DNA of 57,995 nucleotides from Octopus bimaculoides (lineage: Eukaryota), in the NCBI RefSeq assembly GCF_001194135.2, contig NC_068986.1, positions 27,279,411 to 27,337,405 on the forward strand, read 5' to 3'. A program made the position numbers and the translations under genes. Below are positions 13,786 to 26,837 of the stretch, in pieces. The notes under the pieces are model-generated. The model saw only the letters and a program-made list of their open reading frames with translations. It had not been told where the DNA came from and did not search any database. Numbering within the stretch: the stretch's first letter is position 1; each line of letters begins with the position of its first letter.

Positions 13786-13830
13786 CAAATCTATCCACCC
13801 AGTTCAAGACTTCAGATTCAATAATATTGG
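13786..13830 (-). CDS. Candidate 45-nt symmetric (phase 1-1) coding exon, (A)NIIESEVLNWVDRF
   Basis: Very strong acceptor (tttttttcttttttttcttttttcctccag) and perfect donor TTG|GTAAGT. Length divisible by 3, and only one frame is stop-free. Protein not recognised. Confidence 0.5.
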
Positions 13831-13998
13831 CTGGAGGAAAAAAGAAAAAAAAGAAAAAAAAACTTGGGGGGGGGGGTGCATTTTGACTGAATGTCTGGTT
13901 TTTTTCTTCTTTTTCTTTAGTAGAACTTCGCGGTAAAAACTTGTTACTTTCTCTTTCTTCCTTCTTCCTTCTTTCTAAACAACGCTTCCTAGTCTTAC

Positions 13999-14067
13999 TT
14001 GGTATATTGGCTGTGCTATACTACCTCTCTGCGAAGCAAGAGTTGCCCGTTTTTCAGTTGCTTTCAT
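13999..14067 (-). CDS. Candidate initiator exon or uORF, MKATEKRATLASQRGSIAQPIYQ
   Basis: ATG at 14067 preceded by an in-frame stop; open to donor CAA|GTAAGA; upstream acceptor ctcttcttacag near 14127. Phase 0, so not in frame with the 45-nt exon. Confidence 0.25.
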
Positions 14068-14782
14068 GTCTCATATGGTCATCGAGTTTGATTGCTTGTC
14101 CTTTGATCTAACCACTTGGCATTGAACTGTAAGAAGAGTCCAAGGCTTGATGGAATTACTTAAGTGTTTATTACAAGGATTATTAAAAGCCTTGTTGTCT
14201 TAGAATTTACTTCATTGATTTGTGCTCTAACATTTTCTCTGTGTGCATGCATGTATGTATATATATGTGTGTGTGTGTGTTTGATTGATTGTGCATGTGT
14301 GTTTGCATGCATGTTTCCTTGTCTGTGTGGATGTTTGCGTCAGAGGATGTGTGTAAGTATGCGATAGTGGTTCTGTGGCCGCTAACATCTGTTCAGTTGA
14401 AAGATGTGAACTGGTGAGAGAAAGCTAACAGGAACTGTATGATGTTCAAAGCAGAAGGATCATTCACTAAAAGAAGAAGAAGGAGGAAAAAAGAAATGGA
14501 AAGCAGAAGATGAAGACTATGTTTTAGGTGTTTAGAGCCACTAGGTAAATTTAACCTGTAATATTAGGCATATAATGAGATCAAGTCCAGTCATTTCTCA
14601 AATTTGATTGGTCAACGTATCAACTAGTCCTCTTATCATTCTATTGAGATGAACAACAGGGTGTGCAGCTTCATAGTAGAATACTGTGTGTGACAATTAC
14701 ACTAAAAGATTTAATTGACATTAATTACATTAAATCTTAGGGTACTATTAAGGATGTTCTTTTGTTTTCTTTTTCTACTATT

Positions 14783-15014
14783 TTTACCAGTTAGTATTTA
14801 AACTGGCCATATATTCTGGCTCAAATATTCTACCTGTCTTATGTTAATACTGGTTAGATCTAGTATCTCACACCCATCGTACAACATCTTTCTAAAAATA
14901 AGGGAATCACATCATTGAAATCTCAAAACTGTAGGATAGTGCATGATTAATTCAAGACAATATGAATAAATAAGCATTACATTTGACAGAGGAGTCTGAA
15001 TGCTAAAAAGTTAA
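14783..15014. mobile_element. TTAA-ended piggyBac-like MITE, second family (degenerate)
   Basis: ~230 bp, ends ...ctgaatgctaaaaagTTAA; left end degenerate (tttaccagttagtattt). Confidence 0.5.
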
Positions 15015-15319
15015 ATGTATAATATAGTATTGTTTAAAGTTCTGAAGTCAGTTATTGTAATAATAATGTGAATTTCCCAAGCTATTAATTTATGTGCAGG
15101 TACGTCTATGTAGATATGAACCACACGGTTTCAAGTTCTATCTCACTGTGCAGCTACTTGGTCAAGTGTCTTCCACTGTAGCCTTGGGCTGACCAGTGCC
15201 TTGTGAATGGAATTGATAGACAGAAATTGTGTGTGCGTGTGTGTGTTATGAAGGGCATCCAGCTGTAGAGACTATGCCAAATCAGACATTGAAGAGCAAT
15301 TCAATTCTTGGACCTGTCA

Positions 15320-15717
15320 GATTACCATCATCCCTTTAGCTTTCACTTTTCCATGCTTGTATGTGTTAACTGGAGTTAAATGAGGCAGATTTTCTATGGC
15401 CAGATACCCATCCTGTTTCCAACCTTTATTTGTTTCTAAGCAAGGTAATATTTCCCTGTTGTCATACATGCATTAGCAGAATATTGGAAATCAAGAACAC
15501 TGCTTGCATGGCAGTGACGCTCACAACTATCACATACTGTCAAGCCAAGCAAATAAACATAGACACATATACGATGGGTTTCTTTCAGTTTCGATCTGCC
15601 AAATCCTCTCACAAGGTTTTGATTGGCTTGAGGCTATAATAGAAGGTACTTGCCCAAGGTGCCATGTAGTGGGACTGAACCCAAAATCATGTGGTAGTTT
15701 GGAAGCAAACTTATACC
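15320..15717 (-). mobile_element. SINE family A (minus strand) with RTE-type tail
   Basis: Reverse complement of the family A head at 15560-15717 and of the tail toward 15320. Confidence 0.7.
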
Positions 15718-15830
15718 TGTTATATCCTTTCAAACTATCCAGTCCATGCTAGCATGGCAGAAAAATGTTATGAGATCTTGATGATGGTGGCAACCCATTC
15801 ACACTGACTGATCATGACACTTGTAGACAA

Positions 15831-16148
15831 GAGTTGGAGGACAATCTTAATATCCTCAACTAAAAGATCTGGTTGTTGTGCTCATAACAAAGTAGTCTCT
15901 GCCAAAAGCACCTCAAGAGCCAAGTGATAACGTTAAATTGGCTGATGGTTAATTCTATCACTCTAGCTCCACATTTCCATACTTTGTCAGGTTTATGCAA
16001 ACTAAAATGAATGTCAACTAAATTGGACCTAACTCTGTAAATATTTCAAGTATTTTATGTCAAACTTTCAAAGATCAAACTACTATGAAGCTGATTATTC
16101 AAAGCTGTTCAGATTAATTATTGATCACTAGAAAGTAAATATTTCAGT
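15831..16148 (+). repeat. Left arm of long inverted repeat (partner 17690-18012)
   Basis: Hand alignment to the reverse complement of 17690-18012. The inner ~100 nt differ at only about 4-5 positions; the outer part is more diverged. Confidence 0.92.
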
Positions 16149-17113
16149 AAAGTGGCATTGGATAGCATTTTCTTGTTTTTGTTTAATTTAAAAAAAAAAT
16201 TTTTTAACTTGATTTAAATTGTAGAGAATTTATATGTGGAAAAGAGTGTGTATGTATGTGTATTATATGTAATGTTGCTTTGTTGAATTAAATAATGCAT
16301 GATGTGTATGTGCATAGATAAACATATTCATGTTTGTGAATTTATGCATGTATGTATGAGCTTTTGTACACATGCTTTTCTACCAAACTTTTCTGGTTCA
16401 TTATTGATGTTGTATAAGTGAACTGAGCTGCCATGTCAGTTGACATAATATTTTTGCCTTGTTCTTGGGTTGTCAAGTTATGTGCTTCATTCATTTATCA
16501 TCCCTGTTGATAGCTACAGGTGTTACTAAAAAGATAGTCTATTTTACAAATGCCAAATTGATTTTATGTCTGTTTCTATGCAATAATTCTTAATTCCTTA
16601 AATCCTAAGACTTCCTCTTACCACCACACATGTCGAAATAGCAGTATTAACTGTTGTACTCTTTGTTCCCAAAGCAGACTTTTTAATACATGTGTAAACA
16701 AACACCTATCTGTGGGTGGTGACTTCCTAAGACACAGCCATAAAATTTTCAGCAGTATATATGCTATATGAATGAAAATTAGCCATGTGATCAATAAGTA
16801 CACCTAGCTACAGGTATTGTCATATCGACCATAATTGTCATGAATTAATTAATTACTTGCTACAGTAAGTAATTGGTTCATGCCAGTTAACATATTTTGA
16901 GCAACTTTTTACAGGCAGCCCCCCCCCCCTCCATATTATCTAGCTAGCAGTATCATGCAAGATTGGGACCACTAATTCTATTGTTTCTATGTCTTATTCT
17001 GAAATTCTAGGGGGGAAAAAAAACATACCAAGCAATCTTTCTTCAGAACTGTAATTGACTTTGTTTCTTGTTACCTGTTCTTTGTTGAAATTGGGTTTCA
17101 TTCTGTCTGTCTT

Positions 17114-17165
<52 letters not shown>

Positions 17166-17689
17166 GCACACACACATTACAATATGTGCTTTAAATTATC
17201 TTTCATACGTGTTTTATATGGTGCTGAAAACTAAATTTCAAGTGGTCAGCTGATTTTATATTTTTTTCAAGATGCTTTAATAATATCGTTTGGTGTCATC
17301 CTGCTCTTCTTCATTTATGTTTCTAAGTGAAAGCATTAAATTTTTATCATGTCATATTTCGGAAAAAAAGGTTATTTGTTTTTGGAATTGATTAATGATA
17401 AACTGTTTTTTATTTTATTCTTTATTTTTTAATTGCCATTTATTGAAACATCTCAGGTTTTCATTTTTTAAAATTTGTTCCATTATTTCACATGCTGCTA
17501 TTTTTTCTTTCCCTTAGAAATTTACAAAAGTCAGTTGTGACTCTACTGCTAAGATTTACTTTGGAAACAGTTATATTACGCATAACAAACATGTACATAG
17601 AACACGTATCTTTCTCCATATAAAATTTCTACAATTCAAACCAAGTTAAATAAATAAATAAATGAATAAAAATCATTTAACATCAATTG

Positions 17690-18012
17690 ACTGAAATATT
17701 TACTTTCTAGTGATCAATAATTAATCTGAACTGCTCTGAATAATCAGCTTCATAATAGTTTGATCTTTGAAATTTTGACATAAAATACTTGAAAAGATCT
17801 ATAGTGACAGTTTTAATTTGCTTGACATTCATTTTAATTTGCATAAACCAGAAAATGTATGGAAATGTGGAGTTTGGGTAATAGGGATAACCATCGGCCA
17901 ATTTCACGTCCCCACTTGGCTCTCAGGGTGCTTCTAGCTAAGACCACTCAGTTATGGGCACTTCAACCAGGAAGATCTTTTGTCTGAGGATTTCAAGATT
18001 GTCCTCCAATTC
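17690..18012 (-). repeat. Right arm of long inverted repeat (partner 15831-16148)
   Basis: actgaaatatttactttctagtgatcaataattaatctgaac is the exact reverse complement of the end of the left arm. Confidence 0.92.
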
Positions 18013-20390
18013 TGCCACCAATTTCAAAAGTTACCGTCCATCTAACTCTCACAAAATCTCAAAAGAAAATGTCTATATAGCCTGGAGCAAAATTCTTCAT
18101 TCTACATCTCTTATATGCTACATTTCAATTTGGAATCGGTGATTTCTGAAATATTGTTAATAATAATTCTTATTGTTTATATCTTTGTTATCTTTTGTCT
18201 TGTTGTTTGGATCAATATGAGTTCAGACATTGATAGTTCTTATGTGGCTTCAGTGAAGTGTATTGTTTAAAGTCTAAATGACCATTATATCCAATGGTAG
18301 CTTCATCTATAGAAATTTCCATGTGTGAATTATGAGTACTGTTAAAATTATTTTGCAATATATCCTTGAAATATGTTTGAGTGTGTGAAGTTCAAAAAAT
18401 TTTTTTTCATGCATTTTCCATTGCCTTCTTGTATATTTAGTAGCCATGTCAGTTACATCTGGATTTTTTTTTTATACTGGCATGCATTGGACAGTGCTTC
18501 TTGAGATTGTAGTCTATGGGTTTTAGGACGGATGCTCTTAAAGCCAGTCCTTGTGTTTTAATTGAGGCATTCCACTGGGATTTGCATATTGAATTACTGA
18601 GCTATGGGGCATATTATGTATGTAGGACATAAAAATCACTGTGACTCGATGGTATCAATGTGGAGGCACATTGAAACAAATGCACATGTACACACATCCG
18701 TACATTATGGGCTTCCATACAGTTTCCATGTATCAAATTTTATAAAGCATTATATTGTAGAAAACATTTCTCCAAGTGCCACACTATATGATTGAACACA
18801 AAACCATGTTGTTGAGAAACTTTTTATCCACACAGCTATGCTTTTTTATCCACATAACTATATTTGTCAGAAAAAATATACTAAAAAATTCTTGCTGCTT
18901 TATCTTTGTCCATATTTTAATGGATCCTGACATCAATTCTGAAGACTGAAAAATCTTTACAGCATGAAGTTAATGGCGCCATTTGTTTACATCAGTTTCT
19001 TTATTGTCTTTATTCCCATCTACATGCTAATACTTATCTGTATCAGTTATATTAAAACTGAAAGTATTTCTCTGTATTTTCAACATCTTGAGAGAAAAAT
19101 GTAAAGTTTATAGTTGGAACTACTTGGCATCAATTGAATAGCAGGTGTCAATGTTAACAACAACAAAAAGATGTATATGCCTGAGGGAGTTAAAAAAAAA
19201 GTGCTGGAATACTAAGATTGTACACCAAATATCAATAGTAGCTATTATAGAATAGTTTTCAAGTGATCAGAATGAAAACATTTCATGCCAGTTAAGCATA
19301 TAAATCAATAAAATAATCATAATATTTTAATCACGAAATATCTTAAAATCTAGTGTCAATGAACATTTTTCTACAAGAAATATCTCATTATCAGAGTGCA
19401 GCATTTTGTCACAAGCTAAGGCATTAGAAGCAATGATTTCTTCTAATTATCTGTTTCAGGTGTGCACATAGATTTGTTTGTTTGCAAATTTTGTCTTTGT
19501 TTGCAAAGTATTTGCTTATCTATATGAGTAACCATTGCTCAATTGCTATATTGACCACTTAAGTAAATATACTCCATTTTATAAGCGTATATCATTTTAA
19601 AGATTTTATTAAGTTGATGGAATTGTTAACACATTGGACAAAATGCTTAGTGGCATTTCTTCCAGTTCTTTGCATTCTGAGTTCAAATCCTTTCTAGGCC
19701 AACTTTGCCTTTCATCCTTTCAGGATCAATAAAATAAAATACTACTCAAATAATGGGTCCAGTGTAATTGGGTTGCCCCTACCCTCCCAAAATTTCTGGA
19801 CTTGTGCCATAATTAGAATTATTTAAGATTTTATTATGAACTTATACAACTAAATAAGTTCATTTTGAAAACCTACCTTATATGCACTCAATTGTTCCTT
19901 TGTACATTAGTTGTAAAACATGTGTGTATGGAAGCACATAACTCAGAAGGATCATTGGTAAGTGTTAACTTCTAATTATGTATACTGCTGTTTTATTACC
20001 AGTAAAAGGGTTACAAATTTATTGAATTTCTAGTAAGACAGATGATTTCTGGGCTTCAAATGGAAAATACATAGAAGTGATTCCTTATTGCCTTTCTCTC
20101 AGCTGTAGAAATGTCTTGAAGTTTGTATTGCAAGCAAAAAGATTAATTGAAATTATAGATGTTGCTGTTACCTACAATGAACTGTATCAACTCCTAGTGT
20201 CAATTCTAGACGAGCTGGACCACAAAAAGTTGTGTCGCTGACCTTGGTCACAGAAAAGAGCCAGTGATAGTACAATACCCAATCAGTATAATTTGTTTTA
20301 TGTTCATTTTGTCATGATAGCATCGGTTATATGAATATGCATTGAGGCATAGTTTTGCAGCTGGATGCCTTTCCTCTTGCTCACCCTTAC

Positions 20391-20433
20391 CTGATTTACA
20401 AATTTTTGTTATTATACTTGTCTTCAAAAGCAT
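20391..20433 (-). CDS. Candidate alternative initiator exon MLLKTSIITKICKS (phase 1)
   Basis: Strong donor CAG|GTAAGG; in-frame ATG at 20433 with an upstream stop; phase compatible with 13830. Inference only. Confidence 0.2.
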
Positions 20434-22257
20434 AAAGCTCAATACTTTTCATGTAAAGACATGGAATGTAAGCAGTCATACAGACATATGCATGGTCGCA
20501 TGCATACAGACATCCTTTGATGTGATTCCATTTACATTCCAGCTTCCATTTCTACTTACAAGGCATTGGTTGGCCAGCAACTACTGTAGGAGACACTTTC
20601 CCAGTGTGGCAGATGGTGAGATAGAACTTAAAACCATGTAGTAACAATGTGAACTCAGCGTCCACACAGCTATGCCTCTACAAAGATATAATTGACTTCT
20701 TCAGTTGTACCCTGTCTACATTAAAATATGATTACTGATGGTTTACAGTTGTCATATTTCATATCACTTGTTAGTCAACCAATAGCGTGTGTATATATAT
20801 ATCAATAGTTATTGACATGTACATACAAGTGGAAACCTATTTCCTTCTGCTTTATTATCAGTTTGTCTATTTCTTAATAATAACCGTCACCTAATCTTCC
20901 TTAGTTAAGTAGAAAGGGTAGTGCATTATTTGTCCTCCCACTTTTCTCATTGGTTATTTCAATAAATCTGCTTCAGTCGACTGGATTATTCAAAATGTAA
21001 AGTCTGTGTGACTTAGGATCTGAAACCTGTTACCAAATTATTGAGAATATGTCGACCAGACATTCTGCTATAGATTTTTCAAATTTCTTATCTCGGATTA
21101 TATTGAGCTTGTGGTTTTATCAATTTATTAAACACTGGCGTAGTATCAAATACCGTATTTATACAAGTCATATTTATTTTATTTACCAAACACTGCCTTG
21201 CCATTTACTCACTCCTCTTCCAATAATTGTAGCAAACATTCAAATCTTCCTACCTATCCAACCCATATTAATCTTAAGAAAACAAACACAGAGATATTGA
21301 GCAGACAACATTATAAATGAATTCAGAGAGAACTTTGTAACAATAAGGATCTCTTAATAAGACATATAACATCACTATGATAAAGTAGAAACTGTGTATT
21401 TCATGCCTTTTCTAACAGCAAGATTTTACCAAATGAAACAATAGACTTGGCTATTGTGAAAGAGTGTTGGGGGGGGGGGAGAAAGAAAAAGAAAGAAAAG
21501 CAATTCTTGATAAATTTCACTTCAACAATTTGTTTGTTTCTTCTTTCGAAATCATTCTTAAAAACTCAGTTGACACTAAAAGAAAACATAGAAAANNNNN
21601 NNNNNNNNNNNNNNNNNNNNNNNNNNNNNNNNNNNNNNNNNNNNNNNNNNNNNNNNNNTATATACTTGATAGTGTAATTAATGTCTATGTACTGCACCTG
21701 AAAGGGATTCTCTCTTTGTGTTAAACGTAAACTATGTACCAAAAGTGCGATATCATGTGGCTGTTAAATTTAACCACTTGGTATGTAACAGAAATCCGAA
21801 AGATAAAATGTTTAGATGTTTTGGGTGGGTGGGGTGCAGAATAGTTGGAATGAATGAATATCAGTGCCATCAGCCATTGCAGCTGAGAAAAATGTTTTGG
21901 GAAATGATTTTCATTTTCTGACTAGTTACAAGGCCAGCAAAATTTGAAGGGGAAGAGGTGAGTTAACTAAGTGACCCCAGCATCTGACTGATACTTCATT
22001 TTTGTGATGCAACGAATGATACGAGTTGGTGGTTGGCACTCAGTAGATGAACGTGTATTCAGTGTGGACATATGGATGAAATGGTCGGGAACAAGTAGTA
22101 TTGGAGTAGATAGAAATAGATAATTCCATAGATGAAACATTTTAGATTGGTCTGATGAAAATATAGTTTGAAAATACTGTATTTACTCATATAAAAGTCA
22201 CATTCCTAGTTTGCTGTTAAATCATGGTACAAAATTTTTTTCTCCTTATATTCATAC

Positions 22258-22387
22258 CTGATATCAGCTTTGCCACTTGTATTAGCTACTCCCCAGTTTT
22301 TTCAGTTAGAATCAAGTATAACATAGTGCAACTTATGCATGAGTAATTTGATTATTGAAGATTGGTAGTCATTCAAGAAGTCCAACC
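22258..22387 (-). other. Candidate 130-nt non-coding (5' UTR, lncRNA or poison) exon
   Basis: Acceptor after a >30-nt poly-T tract (ttttgcag) and donor CAG|GTATGA; stops in all three frames. Confidence 0.4.
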
Positions 22388-22389
22388 CT

Positions 22390-22429
<40 letters not shown>

Positions 22430-23071
22430 AAAGAAAAAATTGAGGTACCATTGCTTTTGTCACAGTTTTCTTCAGTTGCTCCTTGAGTGTCGGCTTTGGT
22501 ACTTCCAGAAACTATTGAAGCTTAGAAGTCTAAATACTTTTAACACTGAGAATTACATGTCCAACTACTTTTAGTGAATTATTAGGACATTCAAGTCATA
22601 TGCTTGGCAATTCATGAATCATACAATAAACAAAATCAATTCAAATGTATTAGTAATATGTTCCAGCAAATAAGTATATAGCTACAGAATATGTCTCAGC
22701 AACCACCAATAACCATTGTGCATAATAGTGCAAAGTACATTCAAATATTAACCAAATAACCATTGAAAACTTCCCTTTTGTTTTCATTCATCAACTTTTT
22801 GGGTCAATTATTTGTTCTGATTATATATATATATATATATATATATATAGCATTATGAAAGCTGAGTTCACATAGCCCTACTTCTCTCTGACCTTCCTTT
22901 CTCAAAGACCTATTTGTTTAACTACTGCATATTGTTATTCTTAGGCCTACTAGCTCAATTCCGCATCAACTGAACAGTCAAGTGTTTTCTTCACTCAGTA
23001 TATTCATATGTCACACCTAGATGCATGTATGCTCTTGTATATGCACACATACATAAACACAGATATGCATT

Positions 23072-23108
<37 letters not shown>

Positions 23109-25436
23109 ACTCACACACACACGGCACACGGTTTCATGTGGAACTTAATGATGTTGTAAGTATAACACTGTTGGAATAAAACTAGTCTTTGCTCAGATGC
23201 TGATTATATTCTAACATTTCAGTGGGATCAATGCTTGCCTATGTAATGTATGTTATTAAAGAATAGCTTATCTATTTTGAAAATTACATGTCGATAGATA
23301 TCTATAATTAAATGTAAGAACTGTATTAAAGCTTCCCTCTGTCTGTGTGGGATGGGATGGTAGTAGTGGGGAGTAGTATGTGTATATATGTATATACATA
23401 CTATACATGTATGTATGCAATATATGCACGTGTAAGAGGTATGCCTATAAGTATGTGTGCATATGTAGGTATATATGTGAATAATTTATATATATATATA
23501 TATATATATATGATACTCATACATGTATGTAATCTTGTAATATAATATCTGATAGAAAAGTGTAGCCTTGCATAAAAATGGCATTAATACCTACTGTGGT
23601 AGAGAACTTTGGTGTATGTGTGCATGCTTATTATATGTATGCGTTTATGTGTGGGGTTTGTGTAGCTAACATTCAAATATAGATTTATTGCCTAAGTAAC
23701 CAAATCTTAGCATAAAATCTGCTGTAATCTATGATGCATCCTTTCTTCTGCCTTAATATATTTAATTTCTGTACAGCTACAACAAGAACAAATATAACAG
23801 CAGCTGATAACAGCAATATCAGGAATGGGCAGATACATGGCTGAATAGGATTTGTGTTGGTGGATGGGTGGAGTGTATTTGCATATTGCATTATCTTAAA
23901 TATGCTGTGTTTTTCTTTTTTCTTTCTCTCTTTAAACATTTCTGTGGTGAGAATAGTTTTGATGAGGGTTAAAATTTTTTTGTTTTTTTCTCTTTTGATT
24001 TTCTGTTTTCTCATCCAGGAGAGTTCAGCAATTATCTCTGATCCCATTGATCAAAATATACTTATTTATATTTGATGCAATCTTCGACGGACAGGGTGTT
24101 TATTGTCAGTTTATAATTATTGTTTTTATTATTATTGTCAGTATTAAGATGGCAAACTTGCAGAATTGTTAACATGCTGGACAAAATGGTTTGTGGCATT
24201 TCGCCAGTCTTTATGTTTTGAGTTCAAATTCTGCTGAGGTCAGTTTTACCTCTTGTCCTGGGATTGATAAAACAAGTACCAGTTGAGCACTGCCACTAAA
24301 GTTGCTGACCTTGTGCCAAAATTTGAACCATTTATTACTGTTTGTGTCATTATTAGTCAACCTAAGCCATGCATTTGAAAACTGGATTGATGAAAACTTT
24401 GCAGAAGACCAGCAGATGGATTGCACCTGTAATTCAAAGATCTAGTCTGCTCACATGCTGTGTCTCATTGATTCTGCTTGAAGTTGTGTTGAGAGTACCG
24501 GATAACTATGGAATACTCAACCATTCACATGCTAAGTCAATAAGCAGGTATTGCAGTTGATTTTGACAATGAATATCTAGTTGTTTGATCCACAGAGATC
24601 CAGTTACTTTATTATTATTAGTTCAAATACCATTGTGTCATCTTTGCCTTTTATCTTTCTGCATTCAATAAACCAGTCAAGTTCGAGGGTTTAAAGTAAC
24701 TGTATGCCTTCCAACAGTTTGAGTGGTCTTGTATCTGTATTAGAAATTATTATAGTCCCCCATGTTCCCATAGATGGAACTGGCCAGTCTTTCAAGAAAA
24801 CTAGCATTCCGGTTTTGCAACTTTATGTTCTGAGTTCAAACGCAACTAGATTTAATTTTGTTTTATTTTCCTTCCCTTGGAGTATTGATTAAAGAAATAC
24901 CAGTGTTATCCTGGGAGACTATAAAAGAAGTACAAGGATTATACTTGCAGTTGATAAAATACGTTACAGTTGATTCTCCATCTCTGCAAATGTGGGCGAT
25001 CCTAGACTAATTTGTGTGAGGTAAACAGGACAAATTTAGGGATAAATTTGGATGACAGCAGCAAAGTGAACTATAAGGTCCCTATTAACCTGAAGTTCTC
25101 AATAGAATTTTTTTTGTCTTTGAAAACTTTGCCTAAAACCCTTGAGAAAATTATGTATTAGTTTTGTTATTTCATTTATTAACCCCAACATTTTAAGGAT
25201 CTTGTGCCTAAAAAAAAATGAAGTAAACAAAAAGATCACTATTAGTGTTAAAATTTTGTCCCTTTACATTCTATGTTCAAATCCTGCTGAAGACAATTTC
25301 AACTTTTCGGGTCTCCAAATGTTGGCTAATTGTCAGTGTTATACGTGGAGTCTAGAAAATAAGTACTAGGGTCACATGACAAGTCAGTAAAGTAAAAACA
25401 AGTTGACTGACTCAAGCATCGTACCCCATTCTTGTG

Positions 25437-25854
25437 AGGTGCAGGAGTGGCTGTGTGGTAAGTAGCTTGCTTACCAGCCACATGGTTCCGGGTTCAGTCC
25501 CACTGTGTGGCACCTTGGGCAAGTGTCTTCTACTATAGCCTCGGGCCGACCAAAGCCTCGTGAGTAGATTTGGTAGACAGAAACTGAAAGAAGCCCGTCG
25601 TATATATGTATATATATATACACACACACACACACACATATATGTGTGTGTCTGTGTTTGTCCCCCTAGCATTGCTTGACAATCGATGCTGGTGTGTTTA
25701 TGTCCCCTTCACTTAGCAGTTCGGCAAAAGAGACCGATAGAATAAGTACTAGGCTTACAAAGAATAAGTCCCGGAGTTGATTTTCTCGACTAAAGGCGGT
25801 GCTCCAGCATGGCTGCAGTCAAATGACTGAAACAAATAAAAGAGTAAAAGAGTA
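25437..25854 (+). mobile_element. Near full-length tRNA-type SINE family A with internal (TA)(CA) microsatellite and short-repeat (aagagta) tail
   Basis: tRNA-like head (gtggctgtgtggtaag...ggttcagtccc), conserved body, tail taaaggcggtgctccagcatgg...gactgaaacaaataaaagagtaaaagagta. Further copies or fragments at ~5430-5560, 15110-15240, 18640-18845(-), 20510-20675(-), 27060-27214, 36300-36573(-), 41160-41460. Confidence 0.9.
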
Positions 25855-26555
25855 TACCCCCAATATGAAAAAAAAAATCATTATAATTATGATCTTTAAA
25901 TATATTGGAGAAATTTAACTCAACTACAGCAATTATTCTGCTACTGTTGTACCAAAATGTTTAGTCGTAATTGTTTTGGCTGGTTAATATTAGCCAGCAG
26001 TGTTTCCCTCTGTTGGCAGAACAGGAAGTGCTTGGCAGACACTCCAAACTGGGTGGAAATGTTTAACCACAGCTGGCCCTTTCACATAATCTGGCTTGTG
26101 TCTGTTTAGAGGCAGTTGATATTGTTGAAATATTGTTGAAATACGATATTAACTTTGCTGCTCCCCCCTTATCCTTTTCTTTTTTTTTTTTTGATCTCCA
26201 TTATATTGTGCCACCAAGTTCAGTAATCAAAGATTGTTTACAAAACCAGTCATACTAGGTGTAAGTTATGATGGTGGTGGGAAACACTTTAGCTTTGTGT
26301 TTATTTTAAGGTGCTATAATACTCAGAATGGTTGTTGATGAGATGGCAGTGATGGGGGGAATTGTAGTATATTATCATTACTGTTGTTGTTAAGGTGGTG
26401 GATTGGGAGGATCCTCAGTATTTCTTCTGGCTTTAAATGTTCTGTGCTCAAATCCTGCCAAAGTCAAAGTTGTTTTTCATCCCTCTAGGGTTGATAAAAT
26501 GAAGTAAATGTCAACAAGTACTGGAGTCAATGGTACTGGCCCCTCCTTTCCCCTG

Positions 26556-26557
<2 letters not shown>

Positions 26558-26620
<63 letters not shown>

Positions 26621-26660
26621 TTTTATTATTATTATTATTATTTTTATTATTATTATTTTT

Positions 26661-26736
<76 letters not shown>

Positions 26737-26784
26737 TTATTATTTTTATTATTATTATTATTATTTTTATTATTATTATTATTA

Positions 26785-26829
<45 letters not shown>

Positions 26830-26837
26830 TTATTACT
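26558..26837. repeat. Long (TTA)n array with recurrent TTT interruptions, at the 3' end of a SINE-B copy
   Basis: Directly visible; the preceding 26410-26557 matches the SINE-B body. Confidence 0.9.

Noticed and set aside
17707-17907. 66-aa ORF in the right inverted-repeat arm
   Set aside because: The left arm has stops, a frameshift and mostly non-synonymous differences, so there is no coding constraint.
2072-19292. TTCATGCCAGT occurring three times (2072, 16877, 19282)
   Set aside because: 11-mer recurrence is expected by chance or from an old repeat; the flanks do not align convincingly.
20103-20241. Plus-strand acceptor + short ORF candidates (also near 12730, 23777, 24019, 32579, 37451)
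   Set aside because: Short open frames after AG are common by chance; no homology and no consistent phase, so not supportable without RNA data.
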